16,405 nt of DNA from an uncultured Gemmatimonadales bacterium. Its GTDB lineage: Bacteria > Gemmatimonadota > Gemmatimonadetes > Gemmatimonadales > GWC2-71-9. The notes beneath the pieces are model-generated. The model searched no databases, had not been told where the DNA came from, and saw only the letters and a program-made list of their open reading frames with translations. Below are positions 1 to 8,490 of this stretch, piece by piece. Location of the stretch: assembly GCA_963844035.1 (NCBI GenBank), contig CAWJMT010000015.1:1-16405 (forward strand). Reading direction: 5' to 3'. The stretch's first letter is position 1. Each line of letters begins with the position of its first letter. Both the position numbers and the translations under genes were made by a program.

Positions 1-1
1 C

Positions 2-1771
2 GCGAAGGCAGCGAAGCAAACTGGGGCCGGGAGCGGACGGCAACGCGCCATGCTGGCGGGTGCGCTGGCACTCGGCGCGATCGCCGGTGCGGCCCTGTGG
101 ACCGGGCTCGGTCCTGCGAAGCCCGACCAGCGGCGGCAGATCGTGCGCTTCGGAATCGAGCTGCCGCGCGACGCGCAGCCCGTAGGCGCCACCGGATCGA
201 CCATTGCGTTCGCGCCCGACGGCTCGCGGATCGTCTATATCGGACGAGCGCCCGCGGGCCAGCGCCTCTATTCGCGCGGCCTCGATCAGCTCGATCCGGT
301 ACCGATTCCCGGTTCGGACGGGGGCATCCTGCCGTTCTTCTCCGCCGACGGCCAGTGGTTGGGATTCCGTCAGGGCACCCGTCTCGTGAAGGTGGCGCTG
401 GCGGGTGGGCCGGTCACCCCGTTGTGCGACACACAGGGGGAGATCTACGGTGCCACCTGGACCGCCGGTGACACCATCGTCTTCGCCTCGGACTCGGGGT
501 TGATGGCGGTGACCGCGGCGGGAGGGCACCCCCGCGTGATCGCGAAGCCCGATAGCGGGGAAAACTTCCGTTGGCCGGACGCGCTCCCCGGCGGCCGTGA
601 GCTGGTGTTCACGAGTGTCCGTCAGAACACCGTGCGCCTCGCGGTGCTGACGCTCAAGACGGGCAAGATGAAACGCCTGGCGCAGCCGGGCGGGTATCCG
701 CGCTTCGTGACCCCGGGCTACGTCGTGCTTTCCGATCCGTCGGGCATAGTCTCGGCGGTCCCGTTCGATCCGGGTCGCCTCGACGTGACCGGCGCCGCGG
801 TGCCCTTCGCCGACAAGCTCCAGACCGGCATTGACGGTGATCGGAACCTCGGCGTCTCCGCCTCGGGGGATGTCGCGTACCAGCTGGCCACGACCGGGGG
901 CAGGCGCCTGGTCCTCGTGGACCGGGGCGGAGCCGCGCGCGATGTGCAGTCGGATACCGGGCTGTATTTCGCGCCGCGCCTCTCCCCCGACGGGAAGCGC
1001 GTGGCCGTGGGCCGCTGGACCGACATCAACTTCAGCGCCAAGGATGTGTGGGTGCTGGACCTGACGCAGCACACGCGCACGCGGCTCACCTTCGACACGA
1101 CGGCGGGTATGCCCGCCTGGTCCCCCGACGGCCGGCGCATCGCCTTCCAGCGGGGCTCCACCATCTATTGGGTGCCGGCCGACGGCAGCGGCGCGCCGGA
1201 TTCGCTCGTCACGCTCCCCGGGCAATGGTTTCCAGGGGTCTTCGAGCCGGGTGGGCGGGGTCTCGTGTACCACGGCCTCGCGCTGCAGCAGGCGAAAGGC
1301 GAAGTCGGGCGAGTGGGTATCGTGCCGCCGGAGGCCGCCCACCGGGTGCTCGGCAACACGTTTCACAACTACGATCCGTCGCTTTCTCCCGACGGCCGCT
1401 GGATGGCGTACATGTCCGACGAATCGGGACGGTTCGAGGTCTACGTCCGCCCGTACCCCGGTCCCGGCGGGCGGTGGCAGGTGTCCCTCGACGGCGGCAC
1501 GGAGCCGGTGTGGTCCCCAACCGGCAGGGAGATCTTCTACCGCAACGGCGACCGGATGATGGCGGCGACGGTACGCACCACGGGCGCCTTCGAGGTCGGC
1601 GCGCGCACCATGCTGTTCGAGGGCCCGTACCACACGCTCCCGACCCAGATCACCAACTACGACGTCACGCGGGACGGCAGGACGTTCGTGATGCTCCAGC
1701 CGGTGCAGGGGACGGCGCAAACGGTGTTCGTCACGTTGAACTGGTTCGACCAGATGCGACGGCGTCGGTGA
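2..1771 (+). CDS. 5'-truncated membrane protein with TolB-like/PD40 beta-propellers, probably the C-terminal part of a Ser/Thr protein kinase
   Basis: The frame is open from position 2 (AKAAKQTGAGSGRQRA precedes the listed Met at 50). A TM helix is followed by repeated PD40 motifs (FAPDGSRIVY, FSADGQWLGF, LSPDGKRVAV, WSPDGRRIAF, LSPDGRWMAYMSDESGRFEVYVRPYPG) and a YDVTRDG...VTLNWF end. This C-terminus is typical of kinase-PD40 proteins; the kinase domain itself is not in the window. Confidence 0.8.
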   Translation, partial: AKAAKQTGAGSGRQRAMLAGALALGAIAGAALWTGLGPAKPDQRRQIVRFGIELPRDAQPVGATGSTIAFAPDGSRIVYIGRAPAGQRLYSRGLDQLDPVPIPGSDGGILPFFSADGQWLGFRQGTRLVKVALAGGPVTPLCDTQGEIYGATWTAGDTIVFASDSGLMAVTAAGGHPRVIAKPDSGENFRWPDALPGGRELVFTSVRQNTVRLAVLTLKTGKMKRLAQPGGYPRFVTPGYVVLSDPSGIVSAVPFDPGRLDVTGAAVPFADKLQTGIDGDRNLGVSASGDVAYQLATTGGRRLVLVDRGGAARDVQSDTGLYFAPRLSPDGKRVAVGRWTDINFSAKDVWVLDLTQHTRTRLTFDTTAGMPAWSPDGRRIAFQRGSTIYWVPADGSGAPDSLVTLPGQWFPGVFEPGGRGLVYHGLALQQAKGEVGRVGIVPPEAAHRVLGNTFHNYDPSLSPDGRWMAYMSDESGRFEVYVRPYPGPGGRWQVSLDGGTEPVWSPTGREIFYRNGDRMMAATVRTTGAFEVGARTMLFEGPYHTLPTQITNYDVTRDGRTFVMLQPVQGTAQTVFVTLNWFDQMRRRR

Positions 1772-1840
1772 GGGTGCGGAAGACGCGATCCTGACTGCTT
1801 GCGGCGCTTGGGTCGCCTCGGCAAAGAGGTTCTCGTGCCA

Positions 1841-2408
1841 ATGAACTCAGGCCTTATCGAATCGATCACAGGGGAGTACACGCGCTACAAGGCCCTCGCC
1901 GAGGCAGCGCTCGCCCAGCTTACTGCCGAGCAGCTGATCGCACCGGCCGCCGGCGGCGGGAATTCGATCGCGACCATCTGCTGGCACGTCGGCGGCAACC
2001 TGCGATCCCGCTTCAGCGACTTTCTCGACGAGTGACGGTGAGAAGCCGTGGCGTAACCGCGAGGACGAGTTCCTTCCCCGTAGCGTCACCCTGGCCGAGC
2101 TGCTGGTACACTGGGAGGCGGGCTGGAACACGCTGTCCACGGCGCTCGCCGCGCTGACCGATGCCGATTTGAGCCGCACGGTCACGATTCGTGGCCAACC
2201 GCTCCGCGTGGACGAGGCGCTCCACCGGTCCCTCGCCCACACCTGCTACCACGTGGGCCAGGTCATCTACGCCGCTCGCGCGCTGCGCGGCAGTTCCTGG
2301 CGGTTCTTGAGCATCCCGCCGGGGCAGTCCGAGGCGTTCAACGCCGCGCCCGTGTCGGAGCGGGGAGCCGACCATGCGGCCGCGTTGCGCCGCAAGGGGG
2401 GCGCATGA
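1841..2408 (+). pseudogene. DUF1572 (DinB/YfiT superfamily) gene split by a +1 frameshift near 2027, possibly a sequencing error
   Basis: The first frame reads NSIATICWHVGGNLRSRFSDFL. Skipping one base at ~2027 (ttt ctc G acg agt gac ggt gag) continues as TSDGEKPWRNREDEF...VTIRGQPLRVDEALHRSLAHTCYHVGQVIY...SIPPGQSEAFN, the DUF1572 signature. RBS-like AGAGGT at 1825-1830; an alternative GTG start is at 1835. Confidence 0.85.
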
Positions 2409-2417
2409 GCCACCGCG

Positions 2418-2960
2418 GTGCGGACATCGGTCTTTGTCGGCACAAGTCTCGATGGCTTCATCGCACGAGTCGATGGTGCGCTCGACTTCCTTTCCCCGGG
2501 CGGCGACGAACCCCATGGGTACGATGAATTCATGGCGACGGTAGACGCCCTGGTCATCGGTCGGAAGACGTTCGAGACCGTCTTGGCGTTCAAAGCCTGG
2601 CCTTACGGGAAGAAGCCGGTGTTCGTGCTCAGCACTCATCCGCTCAACCCCACGCCGCCAGGGGCCAAAGTGGAGCGGCTTTCGGGAGAGCCCGCCGACA
2701 TCGTTTCGCAGCTCGCGACTCGCGGCATCGGGCATGTCTACGTGGACGGCGGGATCACGATTCAACGGTTCCTGCAAGCCGGGCTGATTGACCGATTGAT
2801 CGTCACGCGCGTCCCGGTGCTGATCGGTTCGGGGATCCCGCTGTTCGGCGCCTTGTCGCGCGATATTACCTTGACGCACGTCGCGACACGCCAGTACAAG
2901 AGCGGCCTGGTGCAAAGTGAGTATGTCGTCGCCCTCCCCAAACACCCGAGGCCAGCATGA
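2418..2960 (+). CDS. Dihydrofolate reductase family / RibD C-terminal domain protein
   Basis: Motifs TSLDGFIAR, DALVIGRKTFE, VYVDGGITIQRFLQAGLIDRLIVTRVPVLIGSGIPLF and GLVQSEY. Confidence 0.9.
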   Translation: MRTSVFVGTSLDGFIARVDGALDFLSPGGDEPHGYDEFMATVDALVIGRKTFETVLAFKAWPYGKKPVFVLSTHPLNPTPPGAKVERLSGEPADIVSQLATRGIGHVYVDGGITIQRFLQAGLIDRLIVTRVPVLIGSGIPLFGALSRDITLTHVATRQYKSGLVQSEYVVALPKHPRPA

Positions 2961-3439
2961 CACCGGTGACCGCACCACGTGTCCTCCGCGCCGTCGCGCT
3001 ACTCGGCGCACTGGCCGGCGCGCCACCCCTACATGCGCAGCTCGAAATCGGGACATGGGTGAGACAGGCTGTGGGGGGCAGCCCCGGCGTGCCCGGTGTG
3101 ATTGAAATGACGGTCGAGACGTGCTGCGGTGGGAGCGGCCGTCGCCTCACCTACCGGGTGACCGGCATGGAGGCGACGATGACCGTCGAATCGCTGCTCG
3201 ACGGCAGCGAAGCACCGGTGCTCCTCGGCGGCAAGCCCAGCGGCGAGACCATGGCGATCAAGCGTATCGACGATCATCACGCAGTCACGGTGATGACGAT
3301 GAACGGGAAGCCGTTCGGTACGTCGAAAGCCACCCTTTCTGCCGACGGCAAGACGCTGACGGTTGAGAATGACTTCAGCGCGGGCGTCGCCGGCCAGCAG
3401 GCGGGCCGCAGTACCGAGACGTGGGTGCGAAAGCCTTGA
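2957..3439 (+). CDS. Secreted hypothetical protein, probable lipocalin-like beta-barrel
   Basis: ATGA overlap with the upstream stop; signal peptide ending in ...PLHA/Q; IGTW motif near the N-terminus; beta-rich C-terminus TLSADGKTLTVEN...ETWVRK. Confidence 0.7.
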   Translation: MTPVTAPRVLRAVALLGALAGAPPLHAQLEIGTWVRQAVGGSPGVPGVIEMTVETCCGGSGRRLTYRVTGMEATMTVESLLDGSEAPVLLGGKPSGETMAIKRIDDHHAVTVMTMNGKPFGTSKATLSADGKTLTVENDFSAGVAGQQAGRSTETWVRKP

Positions 3440-3470
3440 CGCATAGGTCCTCACGCTGAGCAATCGCGGG

Positions 3471-4445
3471 ATGAAACTCAGGAAGAAATGGCGGTACTAC
3501 CTTCCCAACGACGGGCTCGGTCTGCACGTCGATACGCACGCTGCCGACGGGCGCGTCTTCTTCACGTACAAAACGAACGCGGCAGACGTTGTTGCGGCGA
3601 TCGATTTCGACGGCAAGGCGCTCTGGTCCCGCTCCTTCGCGTTCCGAGAGGGTGTGTCCGCCAATTTTCGCGCTCCACGGATTTTCGTCCTCGGGGATTC
3701 CGCCCGGCTGCTCGCGCGCGAGGACGGACAGACAGTGGCCGAGCGGTCGTTTGGCGAGCCGCCGTCGCTGATCATGACGGACGATGCCACGCCTGCCGTC
3801 TGGTTGGAGCAAGCTGGTCAGCTCGTCGGACTGCATCCTGCCACTCTCGAGGACGCCTGGTCGTGGCCGGACCCGGTGGGAGCGTGGCAGGTCGAAACCG
3901 GGGCGATCTGCCTGTCCGACCCGATTGGACGGCTGCGGCGCGTGCGGTTGGACGGTCTCGTGACGGAGATCGATGTTGCCGCCCCTCCGTCCGCGATGGG
4001 CGCCTATGACCACTGTCACCTGGGGGATCGGTGGTGCGCCTTCTTCCCATCCAACCGGTACTGTGTCGATGTGCGGACGGCCGAGGTGCGTTGGCTGATC
4101 GATGCTGAGAGTGACCGGGCACACCACTTTGTGCGTTGCCTGCCGCAGCACGGCATCGCCCTCGCGCGTGAGCCGAAGGCGCATGCGTACAGTCTGGAGA
4201 CCGGCGCCCTCCTGTGGACGCAGGACTATGGGTTCGGGAAGAGTGTGATCCTGACCGACAGGTTCGTCTGCGCGTACAACGACTGGCTGTATATGGCCAC
4301 TCTGCCCGACGGCAACCGGCTGTGGGAGCAGCAGCTCGAGGCCGGCATCAGCTGCCTGGTGGTCAACGGGCCCCACCTGTTCGTGGGGCATCACGGCGCC
4401 CTGGACTGCTATGAGACGGACTTCAACCACCAAGGAGGTGGTTGA
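3471..4445 (+). CDS. PQQ-like beta-propeller repeat protein without an obvious signal peptide
   Basis: Recurrent blade motifs AIDFDGKALW, CVDVRTAEVRW, AYSLETGALLW and MATLPDGNRLW. The 324-aa ORF fills the space between its neighbours. Confidence 0.65.
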   Translation: MKLRKKWRYYLPNDGLGLHVDTHAADGRVFFTYKTNAADVVAAIDFDGKALWSRSFAFREGVSANFRAPRIFVLGDSARLLAREDGQTVAERSFGEPPSLIMTDDATPAVWLEQAGQLVGLHPATLEDAWSWPDPVGAWQVETGAICLSDPIGRLRRVRLDGLVTEIDVAAPPSAMGAYDHCHLGDRWCAFFPSNRYCVDVRTAEVRWLIDAESDRAHHFVRCLPQHGIALAREPKAHAYSLETGALLWTQDYGFGKSVILTDRFVCAYNDWLYMATLPDGNRLWEQQLEAGISCLVVNGPHLFVGHHGALDCYETDFNHQGGG

Positions 4446-4472
4446 CCGGTTCCATCACCTCCCAGCGAGAGG

Positions 4473-4478
4473 TAGAAT
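4473..4478 (+). promoter_or_regulatory. Putative -10 box (TAGAAT) 6 nt before a GTG start, candidate leaderless promoter
   Basis: TAGAAT-tgccgg-GTG(4485). No convincing -35 element. Confidence 0.4.
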
Positions 4479-4484
4479 TGCCGG

Positions 4485-5048
4485 GTGACAAATCCCCCCT
4501 TGCCACGCGCGACGTTCGACGATACTCCAGGCGAGCTTCGGGTCAGCATTCCCTCGGCTCGCAAGCCGGTCTTCGCCTCCATCCTGGTCGTCTGGCTCGT
4601 CCTGGCCGTCATGTTTGCTCGCGACCTCTTCGCCCACGTGCACACTCCGGCGGATTTGGCGTTTGCGCTGTGCGTGGCGGCGGTCTTGCTCTTCTGGGGA
4701 ACGGGAGCGCTCATCACCCTCCTGGACTCCTTGTGGGGACGAGATGTCGTCGCGGTGAGCCCCCATGGCCTCACGCTCCGACACGAGATCCGCGGGATCG
4801 GACGCGACCGGACGTACCCGTTCTCGGACATCGGGAAACTGCGGGTTGCGCAGCCCTTACCTGACGTGGTCGGCGTTATCGCGCCGCTGGGAATGTTCAG
4901 AAAGGGCAATGGGTGGATTGCGTTCGACTACAGCTCCGCCACCATTCGTTTTGGTGGAGGGGTGGACGAGGCCGAGGCGAGGGTGATTGTTGAGCGCCTG
5001 AATCGCGCCGTTGCTGCATCCCCTAGACCGAGGAGTTGGCCGTGTTGA
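4485..5048 (+). CDS. Hypothetical membrane protein with 2 TM helices and a C-terminal soluble domain
   Basis: Two hydrophobic segments, then WGRDVVAV...LRHEIRGIGRDRTY...IAFDYSSATIRFGGGVDEAEA. The 3' end overlaps the start of the next gene. Confidence 0.65.
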   Translation: MTNPPLPRATFDDTPGELRVSIPSARKPVFASILVVWLVLAVMFARDLFAHVHTPADLAFALCVAAVLLFWGTGALITLLDSLWGRDVVAVSPHGLTLRHEIRGIGRDRTYPFSDIGKLRVAQPLPDVVGVIAPLGMFRKGNGWIAFDYSSATIRFGGGVDEAEARVIVERLNRAVAASPRPRSWPC

Positions 5049-6007
5049 AGAAGGTTGTGCTTTGGCTCGCAGTGGCCCTGGGCGTCATCGTCGCAGGCTT
5101 CGCGATCTTCGTTGCGATGCGCCAGCACCTCACGTTCGACACGCCCTATCCCGCAATCGCGGCATCGGCCGATCCAGTGGTCATCGAGCGCGGCCGCTAC
5201 GTCGTGCGGATCCTGGCGAACTGCTCGGAGTGTCATGGCGACCCGGCCCGCAGGGCCGAGGCCGGCGAAGGGAAAGAGATCCCGCTCTCCGGGGGCTTCG
5301 TCTGGAACATTCCCCCCGGGGCGATCTACGCCCGTAACATCACCCCCGACTCCAGCAGCGGGCTCGGGAGCGTCTCCGACCAGGCGATCGCTCGCGCGCT
5401 CCGCTACGGCGTGGGGCCCGACGGACGAGCGTTGCTGCCGTTCATGGAGGTGCAGGGGCTCTCGGATGAGGACCTCGTCGCGATCGTGTCCTACCTGCGC
5501 ACGCAAGCGCCGGTGCACAATCCCGTTCCCATGCATCGCTACACCCTGCTCGGCAAGATCGTCAGGGCGACCGTGCTCGCGAACCCGGTTGGACCCGCGG
5601 AGACGCCCCCGAAGACGAATCCGCGCGGCGCCACGGTCGAGAATGGGCGCTACCTGGTCGAGGCGGTGACAAACTGCTGGGCCTGTCACACCCAGCGCAA
5701 CATGGCCACCGGGGCGCTCGTCGGCCCGCGCTTCGGGGGTGCGACCGGCTTCGACGCGACCGCCGAGCAGTCGTGGTCGCCGCCGAACATTACGAGCGAC
5801 CCGGAGACCGGTGAGCTTGGCAAAATGACGGAAGACGAGTTCGTGGCTCGATTCCGGATAGGGCGGCTGCTGCCGCACTCGCCCATGCCGTGGCAGGCCT
5901 TCCAGAAAATGAACGACGACGACCTGCGGGCGATCTACCGGTACTTGAAGACCGTGCCCGCGGTGCGCCGCGACGTCGGGCCGCCCGTCGTCGAGGTGAA
6001 GAAGTAG
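5042..6007 (+). CDS. Membrane-anchored diheme c-type cytochrome
   Basis: N-terminal TM anchor; two CxxCH motifs (CSECH, CWACH), each preceded by E-x-GRY and followed by NITPD/NITSD; Met ligand candidates in LPFM and SPMPW. AGGAG at 5031-5035 favours the GTG start at 5042. Confidence 0.9.
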   Translation: MLKKVVLWLAVALGVIVAGFAIFVAMRQHLTFDTPYPAIAASADPVVIERGRYVVRILANCSECHGDPARRAEAGEGKEIPLSGGFVWNIPPGAIYARNITPDSSSGLGSVSDQAIARALRYGVGPDGRALLPFMEVQGLSDEDLVAIVSYLRTQAPVHNPVPMHRYTLLGKIVRATVLANPVGPAETPPKTNPRGATVENGRYLVEAVTNCWACHTQRNMATGALVGPRFGGATGFDATAEQSWSPPNITSDPETGELGKMTEDEFVARFRIGRLLPHSPMPWQAFQKMNDDDLRAIYRYLKTVPAVRRDVGPPVVEVKK

Positions 6008-6012
6008 GTCGG

Positions 6013-8490
6013 GTGCCCGAGCTCCTTGCCCCCGCCGGGAGCCTCGACGCCGTTCGGGCGGCCGTCGCGAACGGCGCCGATGCGGTCTACCTGGGCGTCG
6101 AGAAATTCAACGCGCGCGATGACGACGCACAGCTGAGCTTCGAGGATCTGGAGCAGGCCTGTCGCCTGGCGCACGCGCGCGGCGCCCGCATCTACCTCAC
6201 CTTCAACGTGCTCTTCAAACCGGCGGAGCTGCGCGAGGCGCTGCTCCACCTGGGCGAGTGCATCGACCGCGGGATCGACGCCGCGCTGGTGCAAGACGTG
6301 GGCGCGATTCGCCTCATCCAACAGATCTACCCTGGCCTCGAGATCCACGGCTCGACGCAGCTCACGGTGCACGACGAAGCCGGGGCCCGGCTGATGCGCC
6401 AGATGGGCGTCGCCCGCGTGGTGCTGGCGCGCGAGAACTCGCTCGCGGACATCCGGGCGATCCGGGCCGCGGTCCCCGAGCTCGGGCTCGAGACCTTCGT
6501 GCACGGCGCGCTGTGCATCGCCTATTCAGGCCAATGCTTCATGTCGGGGATGATCTCGGAACGCAGTGCCAATCGCGGCGCGTGCGCCCAGTCGTGCCGC
6601 AAGGACTACGTGCTCACCGACGCGAGCACGAGGGGGGAGCTCGACCGCGGGTATCTCATCTCCGCCAAGGACCTGGGGGCGTGGGAGCATCTGGCGGAGA
6701 TCGCTGCGGCCGGGATCGGTTGCCTGAAAATCGAAGGCCGGAAGAAAAAGCCCGAGTACGTCGCCACCGCCACTCGCAGCTATCGCACGTTCCTGGATAC
6801 CATCGCCAAGGGGACCTGGAGTCCATCCCCTCCGGCGGCGCTGACGGAGCCCCTGGTGCAGATCTTTTCCCGGGGGTTCACGGGCGGGATGTACGGTGGG
6901 CGCGCCGGTCGCGGCTACGTGACCCGCACTCACCCCGACAACCGCGGCGCCGTATTGGGGCGGGTAGTGGGGCGGACGAGCGGAGAACTGATTGTTTCGC
7001 TCACGCGGCCGCTCAGTGTGGGCGATGGGATCGGTCTCGAGCACCCGGAGGGTGCGGCACGCGGCAACACCGGCTTCTCGGTCACCCGCGTGCGCACGCT
7101 GAACGAAGCGGAAGGGCTCGTCACACAGGCGATCGCGACCGCTGCCGCCGTGCCGGAGGGTTGGGTCGTGGTGCGGTCGTCCCAGCCGAGCCTGCTCGAG
7201 GCGGCGCGGGAGTCATTCGCCACGGCGGTCCCGCCGCGCGAAGGTGTGATTCAGCTGCACGTGCGCGCATCGGGAAGCGCCGGCAGTCCACTCACGCTGG
7301 TCTGGAGCGGCAGCTCGGGCACGGTGACGGTAACGAGCGCACTCGCCCTGAGCGCCGCGACGCAACATCCGCTCGATGCCGCTCGGTTACGCGAACAGCT
7401 CGGCCGGCTCGGGGGCACCGCCTTCACGCTCGGCGCAGTGGACGCGAGTGCGCTCGACCAGGACCTGTTCCTGCCGATGAGCGCGCTCAACGAGCTGCGG
7501 CGCGACGCCGTGACAAAGCTCGTGGCGGCGGGGGAGCGCGCGGCGGGAGACACCCTGTCCGCGCGGCAGGTTTCGATCGACAGCGCGCTCGGCGGGTTCC
7601 CCCGCGCTGCCCCCCCCGCACCGACCGAGCCGATTCTCACCGCTGAAGTGTGGCGCCTGGACGACGCGCGCGCCGCCGCGCAGGCGGGAGCGACCGAGAT
7701 CTCGCTCGACCTTTTCTTGCGTCATCCCACGCCGCCCGTGACGCGGGTTCGGGCTCTGATCGACGAGCTGGCGCAGCAGGGCGTGACCGTGCGGCTGCGT
7801 ACGCCGACGATCGTGCGGCCGGAAGAGCGTAAGGTGCTCGACAAGTGGCTCGCTCTCGAGACGGCTCTGGTGAGCGGCCACGCCGGGCTCGTGGCGGAGC
7901 TGGCCGGGCAGGGGAGGGACGTGGTCGCCGATTACGGGGTGAACTGCTTCAATCAATTCACGGCGGCGGAGCTGTTTCGTCTGGGCGCGCGCCGCGTCGT
8001 CCTCTCGATCGAGCTGACGACCGAGGAGATGGCCGAGGTGAGTGCGCCCTGGCAGGGCCGCGGCTTCGAGGTATTCGCGTACGGCCGCCCCGAGGGGATG
8101 ACGATCGAGCACTGCGTGCTCTCGGCGGCGTTCGATCGCGAGCCCTACACCTGTCGCGATCTCTGTGTGCAGAAGCACCCCAACGTCGAGCTGACCGACC
8201 CCTACGGCTATGTTTTCCCCGTCGCCACCGATTCCGCCTGTCGCAACCGGTTGCTCCACTCCCGCCCGGTGAACGGCGCAGGCTACCTGCAGGCGTTGTG
8301 GCGGGCCGGGCTGCGCGATTGTCGCTTAGTGTTCAACGTGCCGGGCGATCCGGTCGCGGAGGTGACGGCCGCATTTCGCGCAGCCGTCGACACGCTCAAG
8401 GAGGGTCGCACGCCGGACCTCGAAGCGATGCGCCGGGTGTCGGGGGGTGGGGGTGGGTTCACGCGTGGTCATTTTGCCCGGGCGGTCTAA
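6013..8490 (+). CDS. rlhA: Long peptidase U32 family Fe-S protein with a DUF3656-like region, probable 23S rRNA 5-hydroxycytidine synthase (RlhA-like)
   Basis: Starts PELLAPAGS...GADAVYLG; contains HGSTQ, ETFVHGALC, the CX6CX15CX3C Fe-S motif (CIAYSGQC...NRGACAQSCR) and LKIEGRKK. The C-terminal extension has EQLGRLGGTAF and a second Cys-rich region (EHCVL, TCRDLC, DSACR). The start is moved from 5890 to GTG 6013 to avoid overlapping the cytochrome gene. The U32 assignment is firm; the rlhA subfamily is inferred from length and architecture. Confidence 0.8.
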   Translation: MPELLAPAGSLDAVRAAVANGADAVYLGVEKFNARDDDAQLSFEDLEQACRLAHARGARIYLTFNVLFKPAELREALLHLGECIDRGIDAALVQDVGAIRLIQQIYPGLEIHGSTQLTVHDEAGARLMRQMGVARVVLARENSLADIRAIRAAVPELGLETFVHGALCIAYSGQCFMSGMISERSANRGACAQSCRKDYVLTDASTRGELDRGYLISAKDLGAWEHLAEIAAAGIGCLKIEGRKKKPEYVATATRSYRTFLDTIAKGTWSPSPPAALTEPLVQIFSRGFTGGMYGGRAGRGYVTRTHPDNRGAVLGRVVGRTSGELIVSLTRPLSVGDGIGLEHPEGAARGNTGFSVTRVRTLNEAEGLVTQAIATAAAVPEGWVVVRSSQPSLLEAARESFATAVPPREGVIQLHVRASGSAGSPLTLVWSGSSGTVTVTSALALSAATQHPLDAARLREQLGRLGGTAFTLGAVDASALDQDLFLPMSALNELRRDAVTKLVAAGERAAGDTLSARQVSIDSALGGFPRAAPPAPTEPILTAEVWRLDDARAAAQAGATEISLDLFLRHPTPPVTRVRALIDELAQQGVTVRLRTPTIVRPEERKVLDKWLALETALVSGHAGLVAELAGQGRDVVADYGVNCFNQFTAAELFRLGARRVVLSIELTTEEMAEVSAPWQGRGFEVFAYGRPEGMTIEHCVLSAAFDREPYTCRDLCVQKHPNVELTDPYGYVFPVATDSACRNRLLHSRPVNGAGYLQALWRAGLRDCRLVFNVPGDPVAEVTAAFRAAVDTLKEGRTPDLEAMRRVSGGGGGFTRGHFARAV

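Noticed and set aside
2033..2035. TGA in DUF1572 as possible selenocysteine or readthrough
   Set aside because: The conserved continuation lies in a different frame, so readthrough would not restore the protein.
2418..2960. Trimethoprim-resistance dfr or true folA call, also considered for 15625-16189
   Set aside because: The motifs (SLDGF/TLDGY start, GLIDR/GLIDE, PVLIGSG) fit the RibD C-terminal-like family, not FolA or DfrA.
4457..4473. Small hairpin ACCTC/GAGGT as a terminator
   Set aside because: The stem is only 5 bp with no U-tract, which is expected by chance.
2013..5878. Long antisense ORFs 2013-3056, 3375-4433 and 4928-5878 (-)
   Set aside because: They are shadows of well-supported + strand genes in high-GC DNA, with no recognisable motifs.
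5890..6012. N-terminal extension of the U32 ORF from 5890
   Set aside because: It overlaps the cytochrome c gene by more than 100 nt, and family similarity starts at PELLAPAG (6013 onward).
6258..7646. 462-aa alternative-frame ORF within the U32 gene
   Set aside because: Its Arg/Gly/Ala-rich composition is typical of off-frame translation of GC-rich codons.
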